From positions 1-45,492 of the forward strand of contig CAJJNI010000001.1 in the NCBI GenBank assembly GCA_905193085.1: DNA of 45,492 nucleotides. Reading direction: 5' to 3'. The stretch is from an uncultured Lachnospiraceae bacterium. Its GTDB lineage: Bacteria; Bacillota; Clostridia; Lachnospirales; Lachnospiraceae. Numbering within the stretch: position 1 is the first letter of the stretch; each line of letters begins with the position of its first letter. The notes under the pieces were generated by a model, which was given only the letters and a program-made list of their open reading frames with translations, was not told the origin of the DNA and made no database searches. This document shows positions 43,283-45,492 of this stretch, piece by piece. Both the position numbers and the translations under genes were made by a program.

Positions 43283-45409
43283 TTATAATGAAATAATTCC
43301 TAAGGCTGCTTTTAATATAAGCTGTACATCTGATAAGTCAATTTTGCCATTGCCATCAATATCTGCTGCATCAATCTGCTGCTCTGTTGGTTCTACAATC
43401 ATCAAAGCACATTTCAAAGATAACTGTGCATCAGATAAATCAGTTTTTCCATCAAAGTTAATGTCACCTTTAACAGAAGGTGTTGGAGTATCAGTAATTG
43501 TTGGTGTAACCGTAGCCACTGGAGTATTAGTAGGAGTAACAGTCGGAGTGTCAGTAATTTCTGGAGTATTAGCAGGAGCCGAAGTCGGAGTCGGAGTGGT
43601 GGAAATTACAGGACTCGGACTGGCTGTTAATATCGGAGAAATTGTAGCCGCCGGTGTTTTGGCAGGTGGCATAGTCGGTGTCGCTGTAGCGGCAGCCGTA
43701 GCAGTCGGGGCAGCTGTAGCAGTTGGAGCAGCTGTGGCAGTCGGAGCAACTGTAGCGGTTGGAGCAGCCGATGGAGCAGCTGTAGCAGTCGGAGCAGCCG
43801 ATGGAGCAACTGTAGCGGTTGGAGCAGCCGATGGAGCAACTGTAGCAGTCGGGGCAGCTGTAGCAGTTGGAGCAGCCGATGGAGCAACTGTGGCCGATGG
43901 AGCAGCTGTAGCAGTCGGAGCAACTGTGGCCGATGGAGCAGCCGATGGGGTAACTGTAGCAGTTGGAGCAGCCGACGGAGCAGATGTAACTGTAGCGGTA
44001 GGAGCAGCTGTAGCAGTCGGAGTAGCTGTAGCAGTTGGAGTTGCCGATGGAGCAACTGTAGCCGCTGGCAGTGTGTAAGTGTATTTTGTTCCCTGACCGC
44101 TTGGTGATGAGCTTAAATTATATGTAAGTATATTGTCATTTATTCTTAAACCGTAAATGTTAAGTGACAAGCTGGCATTACAGATTGTTTTGACTTCAGC
44201 TGAAGCCGGTTCATATGAGTAAATTGTTGATGTGTTATTAAAATATAATTTTCCGTCATATACATCAAGTCCGCTGCCGCATATAGCATAGTAAGATGAA
44301 CTGTTGTCTGCATACCATTTTCCTGTATTATAAATGGTTGAAATTGAGTTGCCATCAATAGTTGATGAATAAATGTATGATGTTGAATCGTTGCTGTCGA
44401 AAGCTCCATAGTACCATTGGCCATTAATATAATTAAATGGAGTTGTAATACCCTTAGTGAGCCAGTAATAGTTGTCGTATGTAGTATCAGTACATGTATA
44501 AAGACTGGTCCAGTCGTGATGTGTGTTTGATGACGAACTGCTTGCGGCAGAAATCTGGGAATCACTTAATAACATATAATTGTGGTAAGCGAGAGAAAAA
44601 CGGTCGCTTACAGGGTCATCCCATGTTATGTCAACATGATACCATTTGCCATTTATTTTAACAACATTCCAAATGTGGTTCATGCTGTCACTCTGTGCGA
44701 CAGAAACATCAATACCCAGCTGTTCCATTAGTGCGCAGAAAAGAAGGGTATAAGACTGGCATACACCCGTTTTCTGTTTAAGAAAATTGTAAACATCATG
44801 TATTACATATGTAGTATCATATTCGAAATTCTGGGCAATATAATCGTGTATGTAGACAACTTTTTCTAAATCTGACCATGAACTGTCCACAGAATCAATA
44901 ATTGCCTGAATTTCTGAATTATAAAAATCACGCTGTGAAGTCAGAGTTGAGCCACTGCTTGAATAGTTTGGCATCAATGTTCCGATATATGTTGTACCGT
45001 TTGAGCTTACAGGGGAATAGCTGTAAGAGTATGCTACATAAAAAAGTTCAGGTGATGTGTTAATGATGTTTGTTAATATTTCCTTAAGCTCAGATGCTGA
45101 GATTTTGTAAGCTGAAATATCTATTTTGTCCTGAACATTGTATAATCCTGAATAAACAGCTTCTTCCACGGTGGAACTTGAAGATGCTAAATTTCCTTTT
45201 ATGGAATTAACCGGAGTTAAATGTTTGTATGAATTTCCGTAGTCTTCTGTTAATACAGGAAAATCTCCATAACTGTACAATTCAAGTGAATCAGAATATG
45301 TAGATGCCATGTTATTCTGTGCATATTGAGTGCCGGAAAACAGACTGCCGGCAAGAGTAATTGATAAAATAGAGCTTAAAACAAGATTTTTAATTTTAAT
45401 TGTAATCAA
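43283..45409 (-). CDS. Paralogous secreted transglutaminase-like protein with a long Ala/Pro/Thr linker and C-terminal dockerin
   Basis: GVCQSYTLLF and NHIWNVVKINGKWYHVDITWDDP. An APTATA/VAPSA linker of about 200 aa. Dockerin GDINFDGKTDLSDAQLSLKCAL ... DIDGNGKIDLSDVQLILKAALGI. Confidence 0.8.
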   Translation of the reverse strand: MITIKIKNLVLSSILSITLAGSLFSGTQYAQNNMASTYSDSLELYSYGDFPVLTEDYGNSYKHLTPVNSIKGNLASSSSTVEEAVYSGLYNVQDKIDISAYKISASELKEILTNIINTSPELFYVAYSYSYSPVSSNGTTYIGTLMPNYSSSGSTLTSQRDFYNSEIQAIIDSVDSSWSDLEKVVYIHDYIAQNFEYDTTYVIHDVYNFLKQKTGVCQSYTLLFCALMEQLGIDVSVAQSDSMNHIWNVVKINGKWYHVDITWDDPVSDRFSLAYHNYMLLSDSQISAASSSSSNTHHDWTSLYTCTDTTYDNYYWLTKGITTPFNYINGQWYYGAFDSNDSTSYIYSSTIDGNSISTIYNTGKWYADNSSSYYAICGSGLDVYDGKLYFNNTSTIYSYEPASAEVKTICNASLSLNIYGLRINDNILTYNLSSSPSGQGTKYTYTLPAATVAPSATPTATATPTATAAPTATVTSAPSAAPTATVTPSAAPSATVAPTATAAPSATVAPSAAPTATAAPTATVAPSAAPTATVAPSAAPTATAAPSAAPTATVAPTATAAPTATAAPTATAAATATPTMPPAKTPAATISPILTASPSPVISTTPTPTSAPANTPEITDTPTVTPTNTPVATVTPTITDTPTPSVKGDINFDGKTDLSDAQLSLKCALMIVEPTEQQIDAADIDGNGKIDLSDVQLILKAALGIISL
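43627..44068 (-). repeat. Low-complexity, imperfect tandem repeats encoding the Ala/Pro/Thr/Ser/Val linker
   Basis: Reiterated GCAGC(C/T)G(A/T)(T/A)GGAGCA(A/G)CTGTAGC-type units. All three forward and reverse frames are open here, which produces spurious ORFs. Confidence 0.85.
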
Positions 45410-45492
45410 TCCTTTCTTAAGTTGAATTTATATATTATTTGCTGCTGTTTTGCATTAATTTTTCTTATATTTATTCGTAAAACTTCTTAATT

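Noticed and set aside
43344-44078. 244-aa (+) and 142-aa (-) ORFs rich in A/V/G or L/Q/R
   Set aside because: They are antisense or out-of-frame readings of the Ala/Pro/Thr linker repeats of the 708-aa dockerin protein, so they are low-complexity artefacts.

Overview
AT-rich (about one-third G+C by eye), gene-dense chromosomal window from a low-GC Firmicute, probably a Clostridia or Lachnospiraceae-like organism. It is spore-forming (spoVT, bofA-like) and chemotactic (MCP). All product calls rest on motifs read from the supplied translations; no database search was run.

Layout:
(1) 1..15000: a bofA-like gene, then an 11-gene Tad/Flp pilus cluster, then a 1377-aa secreted dockerin protein. 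The cluster encodes two A24 prepilin peptidases, a TadZ-like protein, the CpaF/TadA ATPase, TadB, TadC, an Flp pilin, three TadE/TadG-like pseudopilins and an FHA protein. A perfect 54-bp direct repeat brackets the whole module (1..54 = 14897..14950). The right copy is the 3' end of a GC-richer, about 172-nt, rod-like structured element followed by a terminator.
(2) 15000..29300: a GT8 glycosyltransferase, a four-subunit 2-oxoacid:ferredoxin oxidoreductase operon (gamma-delta-alpha-beta), an MCP co-transcribed with an orphan BMP-family lipoprotein, a small K+ channel, a 5'-nucleotidase, single-chain PFOR (nifJ) and a cyclophilin lipoprotein.
(3) 29300..39300: a zinc-ribbon repeat-rich membrane protein divergent from an ABC/ABC-2 transporter, then spoVT, gldA and a P-type ATPase.
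(4) 39300..45409: an operon of two paralogous transglutaminase-like dockerin proteins followed by a 7TM GGDEF-EAL protein.

I found no tRNA, rRNA, CRISPR, integrase, transposase or recognisable defence genes.

Most interesting: the repeat-bracketed Tad plus dockerin-adhesin module and its unexplained structured RNA or MITE-like element; a TadE-like pseudopilin fused to two His/Cys3 zinc modules; and three dockerin proteins with no cohesin in view.
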